Origin: a virus
Taxonomy: Duplodnaviria; Caudoviricetes
Direction: 5' to 3' (one strand)
IMG/VR virus record: IMGVR_UViG_3300007541_000021
Location: 265 to 64,264 of that record
Length of the DNA: 64,000 nt
Shown in pieces: positions 9,485-18,851 of the stretch (position 1 is the first letter of the stretch; every line of letters begins with the position of its first letter). Made by a program: the position numbers and the translations under genes. The notes beneath the pieces are model-generated. The model had not been told where the DNA came from. It worked only from the letters and a program-made list of their open reading frames with translations, and searched no databases.

Positions 9485-10212
9485 AAAACGCAATAATTTC
9501 TACATACTACTGTCTTGGATGTCAGGAGCCATCAAAGAGTGAATGTAAATCACGTTTTGCTTATGATATCGATGATGAAGATTTTTATTTGAATTTTAGT
9601 AACGATTTCAATCCATTTGATTTCTCAAATATTACTGATGTCGGTGTTAGTAAAAGAAAAGATCTAGTCTTTGGTAAAATTTTTAGATTGAGAAAATTTA
9701 TCGAGGATAAAATTTTAGGGAAATACGACAACTTATTACATATTGATTATTCTGACACTAAGTTTGCAAGAAGTAGTAAAGAATTATTTGATAATTTTCA
9801 TCAAAGTGGGAAGAAAATAGTAATATCAACCGAAAAAAATTGTTGGCCTTATCTTGACTCAGTATCCAATTGGTTTGAAACCAAACTACCACAAAAAGAA
9901 TTCTTTTATGTGAATTCAGGGGCTGTTATATCAAATACAAACCGATTTTATCAAATACTTAAAGAACTTGAATTGATTTGTTTGAATTCAAACATAGATT
10001 TTTGGGACGATCAAGGAGTATGGCAATATTATAATTTGAAAGAAAATAACCTCAGTAAGGATCTGAACTCGGAATACTTTTTTTCAACCGCCGAGTTGGA
10101 TGAAACTTACTATAAATTTGAAAACGGTGTTATCACCACAAAGTTTGGAACTCAACCTTACTTGATACATGATAATTCAAGTTTTTCACTAAACCTAATA
10201 AGAAAAATTTAA
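9481..10212 (+). CDS. PLOD/LH3-type glycosyltransferase domain protein (paralog)
   Basis: HIDYSD, ISTEKNCWP, YVNSGA, WDDQGVW and IHDNS motifs; overlaps the preceding gene by 4 nt. Confidence 0.7.
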   Translation: MKNAIISTYYCLGCQEPSKSECKSRFAYDIDDEDFYLNFSNDFNPFDFSNITDVGVSKRKDLVFGKIFRLRKFIEDKILGKYDNLLHIDYSDTKFARSSKELFDNFHQSGKKIVISTEKNCWPYLDSVSNWFETKLPQKEFFYVNSGAVISNTNRFYQILKELELICLNSNIDFWDDQGVWQYYNLKENNLSKDLNSEYFFSTAELDETYYKFENGVITTKFGTQPYLIHDNSSFSLNLIRKI

Positions 10213-10213
10213 T

Positions 10214-10822
10214 ATGAGTGTTTCGGGACATTTTGTTTATAAGGGGTTAACTATCATGCAACACCCCAATGTAGAAAAGGCTTTTGAAGAGCTTTTGATT
10301 GATCTAAAACCAACGAAAGTGTTGGAGATTGGAACATCATCAGGAGGACTTACTCTGATGATTAGAGATATTTTGGATAGAGTTGGTCTATCAGATACAC
10401 GTTTAGTTACCTACGATGTATATGAACCACAATATCTTAGACACCACGTAAATGATGGTGCAAACATCGAAATTAAAGTTGAAAACGTATTCAACCACCA
10501 ATATTCTGATTTGGAAAATGGTCAAGAAATTATTGATTTTATAACTTCCGAGGGTACTACTTTAGTTTTGTGTGATGGAGGAAGTAAGAAAAATGAGTTT
10601 AGAATTTTATCTAACTTATTAAAAGTAGGTGATGTGATTATGGCACACGATTATTCCCCAAATGAAACTTATTTCAGAGAATTCGTCCATGATACAATTT
10701 GGAGTTGGTTAGAAATTCAAGATAGTGATATCGAAGGTCCCTGTCAATTAAATAATTTGGAAGGTTATCTTCATGAAACATTCAAAAATGTCGTTTGGGC
10801 ATGTAGAAAAAAAATGAAATAA
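10214..10822 (+). CDS. Class I SAM-dependent methyltransferase (CmcI/Methyltransf_24-like), possible sugar O-methyltransferase
   Basis: VLEIGTSSGG motif I, TYDV, LCDGG and GDVIMAHDY. Confidence 0.75.
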   Translation: MSVSGHFVYKGLTIMQHPNVEKAFEELLIDLKPTKVLEIGTSSGGLTLMIRDILDRVGLSDTRLVTYDVYEPQYLRHHVNDGANIEIKVENVFNHQYSDLENGQEIIDFITSEGTTLVLCDGGSKKNEFRILSNLLKVGDVIMAHDYSPNETYFREFVHDTIWSWLEIQDSDIEGPCQLNNLEGYLHETFKNVVWACRKKMK

Positions 10823-10823
10823 G

Positions 10824-12494
10824 ATGAAAGTTACTTTTGTTACAGGTCTTTGGAATATAAAACGCGATACCTTAGGGGAAGGATGGTCTAGATCATTTGA
10901 CCATTATTTGCAAAAGTTTGAACAACTTCTAGAAGTGGACGTGAACTTGATAATTTTTGGTGAACAAGAATTGGGAGATTTTGTTAGACAACGTCGGAGG
11001 GATGATAATACTCAGTTTATTGTTAGAGATCAAAATTGGTTTAAGTCAGAATTTTATAATCAAATTCAAAACATCAGAACCAATCCAGATTGGTTAGCTC
11101 AATCAGGATGGTTATCAGAATCCACACAGGCACGTTTGGAGATGTATAATCCATTAGTTATGTCAAAAATGTTTTTGTTACATGATGCAAAAATTATGGA
11201 CCAATTTGATTCTGATTATTTATTTTGGATTGATGCTGGACTAAGTAATACCGTTCATCCTGGTTACTTCACTCATGACAAAGTACAAGATAAATTACCA
11301 AAATATTTTGATAAATTTTCTTTTGTTTGTTTTCCATACGAAGCCAATACGGAAATCCATGGTTTTAATTTTCAAAAAATCAATCAATTAGCTGGTAGTA
11401 AAGTTGATATGGTTGCAAGAGGTGGCTTTTTCGGAGGACCAAAAGAAAGTGTTGCCGATTTGAATGGTTTGTATTATAATTTGATGAGTAATACGTTGAA
11501 TTCAGGACTTATGGGTACTGAAGAATCGTTATTTACAATTCTTTGTTATAAACACCCCGATTTGGTAAATTATTTTGAAATCGAAAATAACGGATTAATG
11601 GGTAAGTTTTTTGAAGATTTAAAAAATGATACCTTAGAAAAAAAATCTAAAGAACCAATCCAACCAAGAAATGAAAATTTAGAAATTGATAATACCGCAT
11701 TGTATGTCATAACATTCAATAGTCCCAAACAATTTGAGACTCTTATAACTTCGATGATAAAATATGATAAAGACTTTATTGATAAACCAAGGAAATTTTT
11801 GTTAGATAATTCTTCAGATCTTACAACAACAGAAAGATATCAAGAAATATGTAATGAATTTGGATTCGAACATATTAAGAAAGATAATTTAGGGATTTGT
11901 GGTGGAAGACAATGGATTGCCGAACATGCTGATGAACATAATTTTGACTTCTATTGGTTTTTTGAAGACGATATGTTCTTTTACCCGAATGAAGGAACGG
12001 TATGTAGAAATGGATTCAACCGATATGTGAAAGGTCTTTATAGGATTTCTATGGAAATTACAAAAAATAATAATTTTGATTTTCTAAAATTGAATTATTC
12101 TGAATTTTTTGGTGATAATGGGACTCAGTGGTCTTGGTATAATGTACCTCAACATTATCGTGAATCTAGATGGCCTGAAAAAAGTCAATTACCTGTCCAC
12201 GGACAGGATCCTAATGCCCCGAGGACTCAATTCAAACACATTAGAACTTATAAGGGGGTATCATTTATCAATGGGGAGATTTATTACTGTAATTGGCCAC
12301 AAGTTGTCACAAAAGAAGGAAATAAGAAAATGTTCTTAACCGAAAAGTGGGCACACCCATACGAACAAACTTGGATGAGTTACATGTACCAAGAAACTGT
12401 TGCGGGTAATTTACATCCGGGTATGTTATTGATGACACCTACAGAACACGATAGATTCGAATTTTACGATGGTAATCTGAGAAAAGAATCCTAA
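10824..12494 (+). CDS. HtrL/YibB-family glycosyltransferase fused to a second GT-A-like domain
   Basis: N-terminal VTFVTGLWNIKR...YNPLVMSK...YLFWIDAG...GGFFGG...GTEE; C-terminal YVITFNS...LLDNS...NLGICGGR...FEDDM. Confidence 0.7.
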   Translation: MKVTFVTGLWNIKRDTLGEGWSRSFDHYLQKFEQLLEVDVNLIIFGEQELGDFVRQRRRDDNTQFIVRDQNWFKSEFYNQIQNIRTNPDWLAQSGWLSESTQARLEMYNPLVMSKMFLLHDAKIMDQFDSDYLFWIDAGLSNTVHPGYFTHDKVQDKLPKYFDKFSFVCFPYEANTEIHGFNFQKINQLAGSKVDMVARGGFFGGPKESVADLNGLYYNLMSNTLNSGLMGTEESLFTILCYKHPDLVNYFEIENNGLMGKFFEDLKNDTLEKKSKEPIQPRNENLEIDNTALYVITFNSPKQFETLITSMIKYDKDFIDKPRKFLLDNSSDLTTTERYQEICNEFGFEHIKKDNLGICGGRQWIAEHADEHNFDFYWFFEDDMFFYPNEGTVCRNGFNRYVKGLYRISMEITKNNNFDFLKLNYSEFFGDNGTQWSWYNVPQHYRESRWPEKSQLPVHGQDPNAPRTQFKHIRTYKGVSFINGEIYYCNWPQVVTKEGNKKMFLTEKWAHPYEQTWMSYMYQETVAGNLHPGMLLMTPTEHDRFEFYDGNLRKES

Positions 12495-12520
12495 GTGGTA
12501 TTTATTGTAAAATACTATCT

Positions 12521-12922
12521 ATGGATTTTTTCATAAAAAAGAATGCGACTTTACCTTTACTGAAAATGCAAGTGGTGCAAGACGGTAGAAGTGAGTATTT
12601 GTCATTTATGGAATCTTTGCAGGACGCAACAATTTCATTCACAATGATAAATGAGGCTACAGGTATTCCAAAAATTGTTTCAAAACCAGCATATATCGTA
12701 GAACTGATTGGTTTGGATGTGAATGCCACCCCTGAATATTATGTTTACTATCGTTTTACCAAAAGAGATACTAATACTGTTGGTAGATATGTTGGTCAGT
12801 TTTTGATCAAATATAATCAAGCGTTATTAGGTGGACCTCAAGGAGATTTGATTGTTCCATTACGTGATGAACTTTATATCAATATCCAAGATAGTTTTAT
12901 TTCAGATAGTCCCTGTTGTTGA
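12521..12922 (+). CDS. BppU-like (baseplate upper protein N-terminal-like) structural protein
   Basis: FFIKKNATLP.L...Y.F...DT..VG.Y.GQF.I pattern; TATTTAT at 12499-12505. Confidence 0.55.
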   Translation: MDFFIKKNATLPLLKMQVVQDGRSEYLSFMESLQDATISFTMINEATGIPKIVSKPAYIVELIGLDVNATPEYYVYYRFTKRDTNTVGRYVGQFLIKYNQALLGGPQGDLIVPLRDELYINIQDSFISDSPCC

Positions 12923-12950
12923 CGGACTAACATCTTGATCGTATATTTAT
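12919..12950 (+). promoter_or_regulatory. Putative promoter of DNA polymerase gene
   Basis: TTGACG-N17-TATATT overlapping a TATTTAT motif at 12944-12950. Confidence 0.45.
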
Positions 12951-13020
12951 CGGTGAATGGGAAAGACAAACTCCACATTGTGTGGAAGAGAATGTGTCAC
13001 TCGGGTAAAAAATACGTCAA

Positions 13021-15864
13021 ATGATATCTACTGAAGAAATCAAATCATTTTTGGAGGGTAATGACCCTGAAGAATTTATTGTGTCGATAGAATTCGATTA
13101 CATCACTGATTCTATATACAAAATCAAAGAAATACCTGGAAAGGGGAAATCGATCAATAAAGACCATTTTGTTCCATTTGCTTGGGTCGGTGATCTAAGG
13201 GGTCTAAATTTTTATAGAGGATCTAAGGCAGAACAAAAAGCCGCAATGTCAAAATACAAAATTGTTATTGAAAAACTCGAGACTCACAATAACGAAAGAT
13301 TAGAAAGGGGTTTGACATACCTTGTAAAATGTTTGGCTGGTTACAGAGCTTTGACTCAATTTTTTCGTGAGGGTGGAATTGACCCATGGGCTGAGAATGT
13401 AAGAGAACTGTTTTTGATGTTACCCCCTGTTGAGCAATATCTAATTCAAAAGGAGAAACGATTATTCAAAGGATATGAAGAATACAACGATATAACACGA
13501 TTTGTATTTGACTTGGAAACCACCTCTCTTGAACCTAAGGATGGTCGTATATTCATGATCGGTATGAAAACTAACACTGGGTTCCATGAAGTAATTGAGT
13601 GTGATACAGAGGAGAAGGAACGAGTTGGACTCATCAAATTTTTTGACACCATTGATCATCTAAAGCCTTCCATTATTGGTGGTTATAACTCATTCAACTT
13701 TGACTGGTTCTGGATTTTTGAAAGATGTAAAGCACTTGGATTGGATGTAAAAAAGATATGTAAGTCACTTAACCCACAAAGAACTATTACTCAAAAAGAA
13801 CAAATGTTGAAGCTCGCCAACGAAGTTGAGCGTTATCCACAGGTTTCTATTTGGGGTTACAACGTGATTGATATTCTTCATTCTGTACGAAGAGCTCAAG
13901 CTATAAATTCTAGTATCAAGAGTGCGGGATTGAAATATATTACACAATATCTTGAAATCGAAGATGCCAATCGTATCTACATTGATCACACAGAAATTGG
14001 TTCTATGTATTCTAAAAAGGAAGAATATTGGTTGAACACAACAAATGGAAAATATAAACGAGCGGATGATCCTAAATTTAAAGACTTGGATAAACGTTTT
14101 CCTGATGTATATGAACGAGTTACAGGTGATAAGATTGTTGAGATGTATCTTGACGATGACTTGGTTGAAACACTTAAGGTAGACGACGAGTTTAACCAAG
14201 GTTCGTTTCTTTTGGCTTCGTTAGTTCCCACAACTTACGAACGAGTAAGTACGATGGGTACCGCAACTTTGTGGAAGATGATTATGTTGGCTTGGTCTTA
14301 TAAATATAATTTGGCAATTCCAGCTAAGGAGACTAAAACAGATTTTGTGGGTGGACTTTCTCGTTTGATTAAAGTCGGGTATTCCACAAATGTATTGAAG
14401 TTGGACTTCTCTTCACTGTACCCATCTATTCAACTTGTCCATGATGTTTTTCCTACTTGTGATGTTACTGGTGCCATGAAAGGATTGTTAAAGTATTTCC
14501 GAGATTCACGTATTTCATACAAACAATTGGCCGAAGAATATTCTGAATCTGACCCCAAAAAGTCTAAATCTTACGATAGAAAACAATTACCTATCAAGAT
14601 TTTTATCAACTCGATGTTCGGTGCTCTTTCAGCACCTCAAGTCTATCATTGGGGTGATATGTATATGGGTGAACAAATCACCTGTACAGGTCGTCAGTAT
14701 CTACGACAGATGATTTCATTTTTCATGAACAGAGGTTATGAAGCGTTAGTAATGGATACTGACGGTGTAAACTTCTCAGCACCAGCTGATGTTGAAACTC
14801 GTAAGTACATCGGTCGTGGGTTAAATTGGAAAGTTAAGGAGGGTAAAGAATATACAGGTGCCGCCGCCGACATTGCTGAATATAATGACATATTCATGCG
14901 AGGGGAGATGGCTTTGGATAATGATGGTGTTTGGCCATCATGTATCAACTTGGCTCGAAAAAATTACGCTTTGATGACTGACAGTGGAAAAGTAAAACTT
15001 GTTGGTAACACAATCAAATCAAAAAAATTACCAGGATATATTGAGGATTTCTTAGATAAGGGAATCAAGATGCTCCTAAAGGGTCAAGGAAAAGAATTTG
15101 TAGAATATTACTATGAATACTTGGAAAGGATTTATGATCAACAAATACCTTTAATTAAGATCGCTCAAAAGGCTAAAGTAAAACAAAGTTTAGAAGAATA
15201 TAAGTTTAGGTGTACCCAAAAAACAAAGGCGGGTTCTCTAATGTCACGACAAGCACATATGGAGTTAGCAATCCAACACAACCTTGCTGTAAACTTGGGG
15301 GACATTATTATGTATGTTAATAATGGTGAAAGAGCCTCACATGGTGATGTTCAGAAGGTACCCGCAAAAAAATACAGTGATTTACAACGAGAAAGACATT
15401 TTAAGAAAACGGGTGACTTATTGTTAGATACCGAATCAAGAATTCAGTTGAATTGTTATTTACTAAATCAAGAAGAACTTGAAAGAAATCCCGAAATGAC
15501 TGGTGATTATAATGTTGCAAGAGCTGTGTCAACATTTAATAAAAGAATTGAACCTTTGATGGTTGTCTTTCAAGATGAGGTAAGACAAAATTTACTTGTT
15601 GATGATCCTGAAAAACGAGGTATTTTCACTACAAAACAATGTGAATTGTTGAATGGACATCCATTGTCAGATGGTGACCAAGATGATCTTCAGGATGTAC
15701 TTACAATCTCAGATCAGGAATTAAATTATTGGTCAAGAAGAGGGTTGAATCCAACCTACATGTATGATATTGCTGAAAATGGGTGGGAAAATGAAGTTGT
15801 TGAATTACCAAATTTTCAAACCATCAGAGGAAAGGATGTACCAACCCTTATTGATATTGACTAG
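13021..15864 (+). CDS. polB: Family B DNA polymerase with 3'-5' exonuclease
   Basis: Exonuclease motifs FDLETT and GYNSFNFD; polymerase motifs LDFSSLYPSI, KIFINSMFG and DTDG. Confidence 0.95.
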   Translation: MISTEEIKSFLEGNDPEEFIVSIEFDYITDSIYKIKEIPGKGKSINKDHFVPFAWVGDLRGLNFYRGSKAEQKAAMSKYKIVIEKLETHNNERLERGLTYLVKCLAGYRALTQFFREGGIDPWAENVRELFLMLPPVEQYLIQKEKRLFKGYEEYNDITRFVFDLETTSLEPKDGRIFMIGMKTNTGFHEVIECDTEEKERVGLIKFFDTIDHLKPSIIGGYNSFNFDWFWIFERCKALGLDVKKICKSLNPQRTITQKEQMLKLANEVERYPQVSIWGYNVIDILHSVRRAQAINSSIKSAGLKYITQYLEIEDANRIYIDHTEIGSMYSKKEEYWLNTTNGKYKRADDPKFKDLDKRFPDVYERVTGDKIVEMYLDDDLVETLKVDDEFNQGSFLLASLVPTTYERVSTMGTATLWKMIMLAWSYKYNLAIPAKETKTDFVGGLSRLIKVGYSTNVLKLDFSSLYPSIQLVHDVFPTCDVTGAMKGLLKYFRDSRISYKQLAEEYSESDPKKSKSYDRKQLPIKIFINSMFGALSAPQVYHWGDMYMGEQITCTGRQYLRQMISFFMNRGYEALVMDTDGVNFSAPADVETRKYIGRGLNWKVKEGKEYTGAAADIAEYNDIFMRGEMALDNDGVWPSCINLARKNYALMTDSGKVKLVGNTIKSKKLPGYIEDFLDKGIKMLLKGQGKEFVEYYYEYLERIYDQQIPLIKIAQKAKVKQSLEEYKFRCTQKTKAGSLMSRQAHMELAIQHNLAVNLGDIIMYVNNGERASHGDVQKVPAKKYSDLQRERHFKKTGDLLLDTESRIQLNCYLLNQEELERNPEMTGDYNVARAVSTFNKRIEPLMVVFQDEVRQNLLVDDPEKRGIFTTKQCELLNGHPLSDGDQDDLQDVLTISDQELNYWSRRGLNPTYMYDIAENGWENEVVELPNFQTIRGKDVPTLIDID

Positions 15865-16140
15865 TTCGATACATGCACCTTTTTCTAAACTGATTTCATC
15901 CCACTCTTCATCGATCCTTCCGGTATCTGGTTTGATCAAGACATTTGTCATTGCCTTGATTTTGACTTTATCAGTTGTTTTTGAGTTTAGTTGAATTTCA
16001 CACAAATCAACACCACGGATAACTAATGCATATTCTCCGTTGGTCACATACTTACGTTCTGAAATAATTGCAGACTCAGACGTACGGACTTTGTTTCCGT
16101 TGATTATTTTTTCTACTGGGATAGTTCTGATAATAGACAT
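15805..16140 (-). CDS. Hypothetical protein (beta-rich), downstream of neck gene
   Basis: 111-aa ORF whose start overlaps the neck gene stop; 60-nt convergent overlap with polB. Confidence 0.7.
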   Translation of the reverse strand: MSIIRTIPVEKIINGNKVRTSESAIISERKYVTNGEYALVIRGVDLCEIQLNSKTTDKVKIKAMTNVLIKPDTGRIDEEWDEISLEKGACIELVNINKGWYILSSDGLKIW

Positions 16141-17258
16141 TATACAACAGTTATTGGAATAGTCATCGGCCTAAATTTCAACTGAGTATTTAAGTTAGTT
16201 GCAATTTCAGCCTCTTTTTTCATTTGGTTTTCAGGACGTAATCTTTCTAGTCTCTGTTGTAATTCAGTTAGAAGTGTAACTTTTTCATCTTTAGCTTCTG
16301 TTTGTAAGGATTGGTAATCCATCGTAACTTCACTGTCAGGTGTTTTCAAATTTCCACTGAATTTTCCACGAACTCGGGCTAAGGTCTCTTTACAGTAGGC
16401 TGTAAACCATCTTCTGACCCAAACTTTTGATGGCTCGTTAAGATCTATCCACATAATTTCATCAAGTGGAATGTCAGATGGTAATTTTACAATGTCAGGA
16501 TTGTCTTTCAAACAAAGGTCCCTTTCATCACCACATACCTCATAGTACCAATACCATACTTTACCTCTACTTAATTCATTATCACCGAAGTCAAATTTAC
16601 CCCCTGGTGTGTTGAATAACCAAACCGCTTTCTTTCCATCGGGAAGGGCTGTTACTTGATATTGTAAATCAGGCTGAATAAGTCTTCTTTTTACATTTAT
16701 ATCTTGTAATCGAGACATAACATCATAAGATGAAAAGAAGAAGTATCCTCCTCCACCCAAACCAGCTTGGGCAAATCCACCTGGACCACCTAATCCACCA
16801 CCTCCACCAAATGATCCGAATGACCAAGGATCGAACAACATATTGTTCATTTCACTTGGTGAATACCAAAGTAATTGGTTGATTTCTCTACATGCGGGTA
16901 TTTCGTAAATTTGTTGGTTTGGAACAAGATCGAAATAATCTCTTTTTAGGACATATGGACCCGCATTTTGTAATCCAGCAATTTTGGAATATGCGTAAGT
17001 ATATTGAGTTTCCCAATCTAATGACCTTCTGATTAAAGCGTTTGCCAAAGATTCAGTCTCTAAATTCAATCCATATAGTGAAGTCCATTGAGATTCGATC
17101 AACCAATCTTGAACATATTGAGCGTAATCCCCGACGGCTAACTCCAATAGTGAGTCCATCATTTCATACTCCAATTCTACAGCACGGAGTGGCGCCCCTA
17201 ATAAATTGAGAATACGGTTATATAGTTTGGTTCTTTCTGGTTCTGGAATTACAGCCAT
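16140..17258 (-). CDS. Neck/head-tail adaptor protein (T4 gp13-like)
   Basis: N-terminal LLGAP...VEL and C-terminal WVRRWFTAYCKETLARVRGKF...EAKDEK pattern of gp13-like neck proteins; TATTTATA upstream on minus strand (17274-17281). Confidence 0.7.
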   Translation of the reverse strand: MAVIPEPERTKLYNRILNLLGAPLRAVELEYEMMDSLLELAVGDYAQYVQDWLIESQWTSLYGLNLETESLANALIRRSLDWETQYTYAYSKIAGLQNAGPYVLKRDYFDLVPNQQIYEIPACREINQLLWYSPSEMNNMLFDPWSFGSFGGGGGLGGPGGFAQAGLGGGGYFFFSSYDVMSRLQDINVKRRLIQPDLQYQVTALPDGKKAVWLFNTPGGKFDFGDNELSRGKVWYWYYEVCGDERDLCLKDNPDIVKLPSDIPLDEIMWIDLNEPSKVWVRRWFTAYCKETLARVRGKFSGNLKTPDSEVTMDYQSLQTEAKDEKVTLLTELQQRLERLRPENQMKKEAEIATNLNTQLKFRPMTIPITVV

Positions 17259-17289
17259 CCTAATGTTTTTCTATATAAATATCCAATAA

Positions 17290-18807
17290 TTAGAATTGGT
17301 ACAATAATGAATTTTCAGGAAAATAATATGACCCGTCTTTTATTTCGGAGTTTGTATTATCGAATACAACAATATCTTTACCTCTACGTACAAAAACCAT
17401 CCAATCTGTGTTGTACTTCTTTACGTTTGCACTACCACCGATTCTTACTAAATCATCTTCTTTATTAATTGAATCGAACGGTTTTACTTGTGCTGTGTGT
17501 AATTTTCCATCGATCATTACCTTGATATCAACACCCATCATGTCTTCTTTACTACCAAGTTCTCCAATCCTTTGTATGTTTTCTGCCCCGAATTTTTCTT
17601 TGAATTTCTTCTCTACAACATCCTCGGTTTTATTTCCTTTTCCTGATGTTTGACTTAAAACTCTAAATAAAGTCTGAAACGTCTTTGAATTAGGGTCAAA
17701 AATTCTAAACTTAAGTTGGTTTATAAATCCCAACATACGAGCCATTTCATTTACCTGTTCTTCTTTAGTCTTACCTTGAAAGTTGATAGGATCCATGTTT
17801 GCTCTGCTCAAGACCAAATTTAAGTCACGAAGTAGTGGACAGAAAGCACTGTAATTTGTATTCAAATAATTTATTATCGAACGACCTGGTTTTTCTAAAT
17901 CATAAACTCCACTTGCGGTGTTTGGACCATATTCATTTCTTGCATAATGCTTATCTTTGAAAACATCCTCCAAAAAAGCCATAATACTGGTCTTATACAT
18001 TTCCAAGACATCAGGATTGTTATTGAACATTGTTCTAATTCTTGTTCTTTCTTGGTCTGAACATGAGTTCATTTGAGATTGTTCCTTTAGTATTTTTTTT
18101 GTAGAAATACTTTCCTGAAGATTTTTGTTAGTGAGTCGTTTTAGTTCTTCTTCAACAAATTCCCAATTTACTACCTTCCAAAAGTTTCTGATGTATTCAT
18201 CTCTTTTGTTACGATATTTTAGATAGTATGCGTGTTCCCACAAATCCAATCCGAGTAAAGGATGTCCCCCTTGTTTTATAACGTTCATCAAAGGATTGTC
18301 CTGATTTGCGGTTGTCATAATTTTGAGGGTTCCCCTTTTTGTTAGGACCAACCATACCCATCCTGAACCGAATCTTTTTTTTGCGTATTCATCAAATTTC
18401 TTTTTGAAATTAGTTAGAGATCCGAAATTCGAGTTGATTTTTTTTAGGATTTCCCCTTTAGGTTCCATCTCGGTGGGGGATAACATTTTCCAAAAGATTG
18501 CGTGGTTGTAAGCTCCACCGGCGTTATCACGAATGGTTTTAGAAAATCTTTCGATTGTTTTTATGATTTCCTCTAATGACAAGTCACCATAATTCTTTCC
18601 ATCTAACGCATCGTTTAGTTTGGTGACATAACCTTTATAGTGTTTGTTATAGTGGATGTTCATTGTCTCGGGGTCAATGAACTGACGTAAGGCTGAATAT
18701 CCGTAAGGTAATTTCTCGGCTCTGATTTTCTTGGCTTCGTGAAGTTGTTGTTCGTTCTGACGGATACGTTCTTCGAGTACTTGAATTTTGTTTTTGATAT
18801 TTTTCAT
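17290..18807 (-). CDS. sod: Mn/Fe superoxide dismutase fused to an uncharacterised C-terminal domain
   Basis: LPYGYSAL, TMNIHYNKH, GGAYNHAIFW, FGSGWVWL, NQDNP and DLWEHAYY; about 280 extra C-terminal residues. Confidence 0.9.
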   Translation of the reverse strand: MKNIKNKIQVLEERIRQNEQQLHEAKKIRAEKLPYGYSALRQFIDPETMNIHYNKHYKGYVTKLNDALDGKNYGDLSLEEIIKTIERFSKTIRDNAGGAYNHAIFWKMLSPTEMEPKGEILKKINSNFGSLTNFKKKFDEYAKKRFGSGWVWLVLTKRGTLKIMTTANQDNPLMNVIKQGGHPLLGLDLWEHAYYLKYRNKRDEYIRNFWKVVNWEFVEEELKRLTNKNLQESISTKKILKEQSQMNSCSDQERTRIRTMFNNNPDVLEMYKTSIMAFLEDVFKDKHYARNEYGPNTASGVYDLEKPGRSIINYLNTNYSAFCPLLRDLNLVLSRANMDPINFQGKTKEEQVNEMARMLGFINQLKFRIFDPNSKTFQTLFRVLSQTSGKGNKTEDVVEKKFKEKFGAENIQRIGELGSKEDMMGVDIKVMIDGKLHTAQVKPFDSINKEDDLVRIGGSANVKKYNTDWMVFVRRGKDIVVFDNTNSEIKDGSYYFPENSLLYQF

Positions 18808-18851
18808 ATTTCGGGTACTATAGTTTATTGAATATAAATACCCCCAACTTA

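Noticed and set aside
6783-12494. Eukaryotic or giant-virus origin suggested by GT60/PLOD-like enzymes and mucin repeats
   Set aside because: No introns, operon-like overlaps, and contiguity with contractile tail and T4-like replication genes indicate a bacteriophage
6783-12494. DNA hypermodification role for the glycosyltransferases
   Set aside because: The families recognised act on proteins or glycans, and no base hydroxymethylase or related nucleotide-modifying genes are adjacent; not fully excluded
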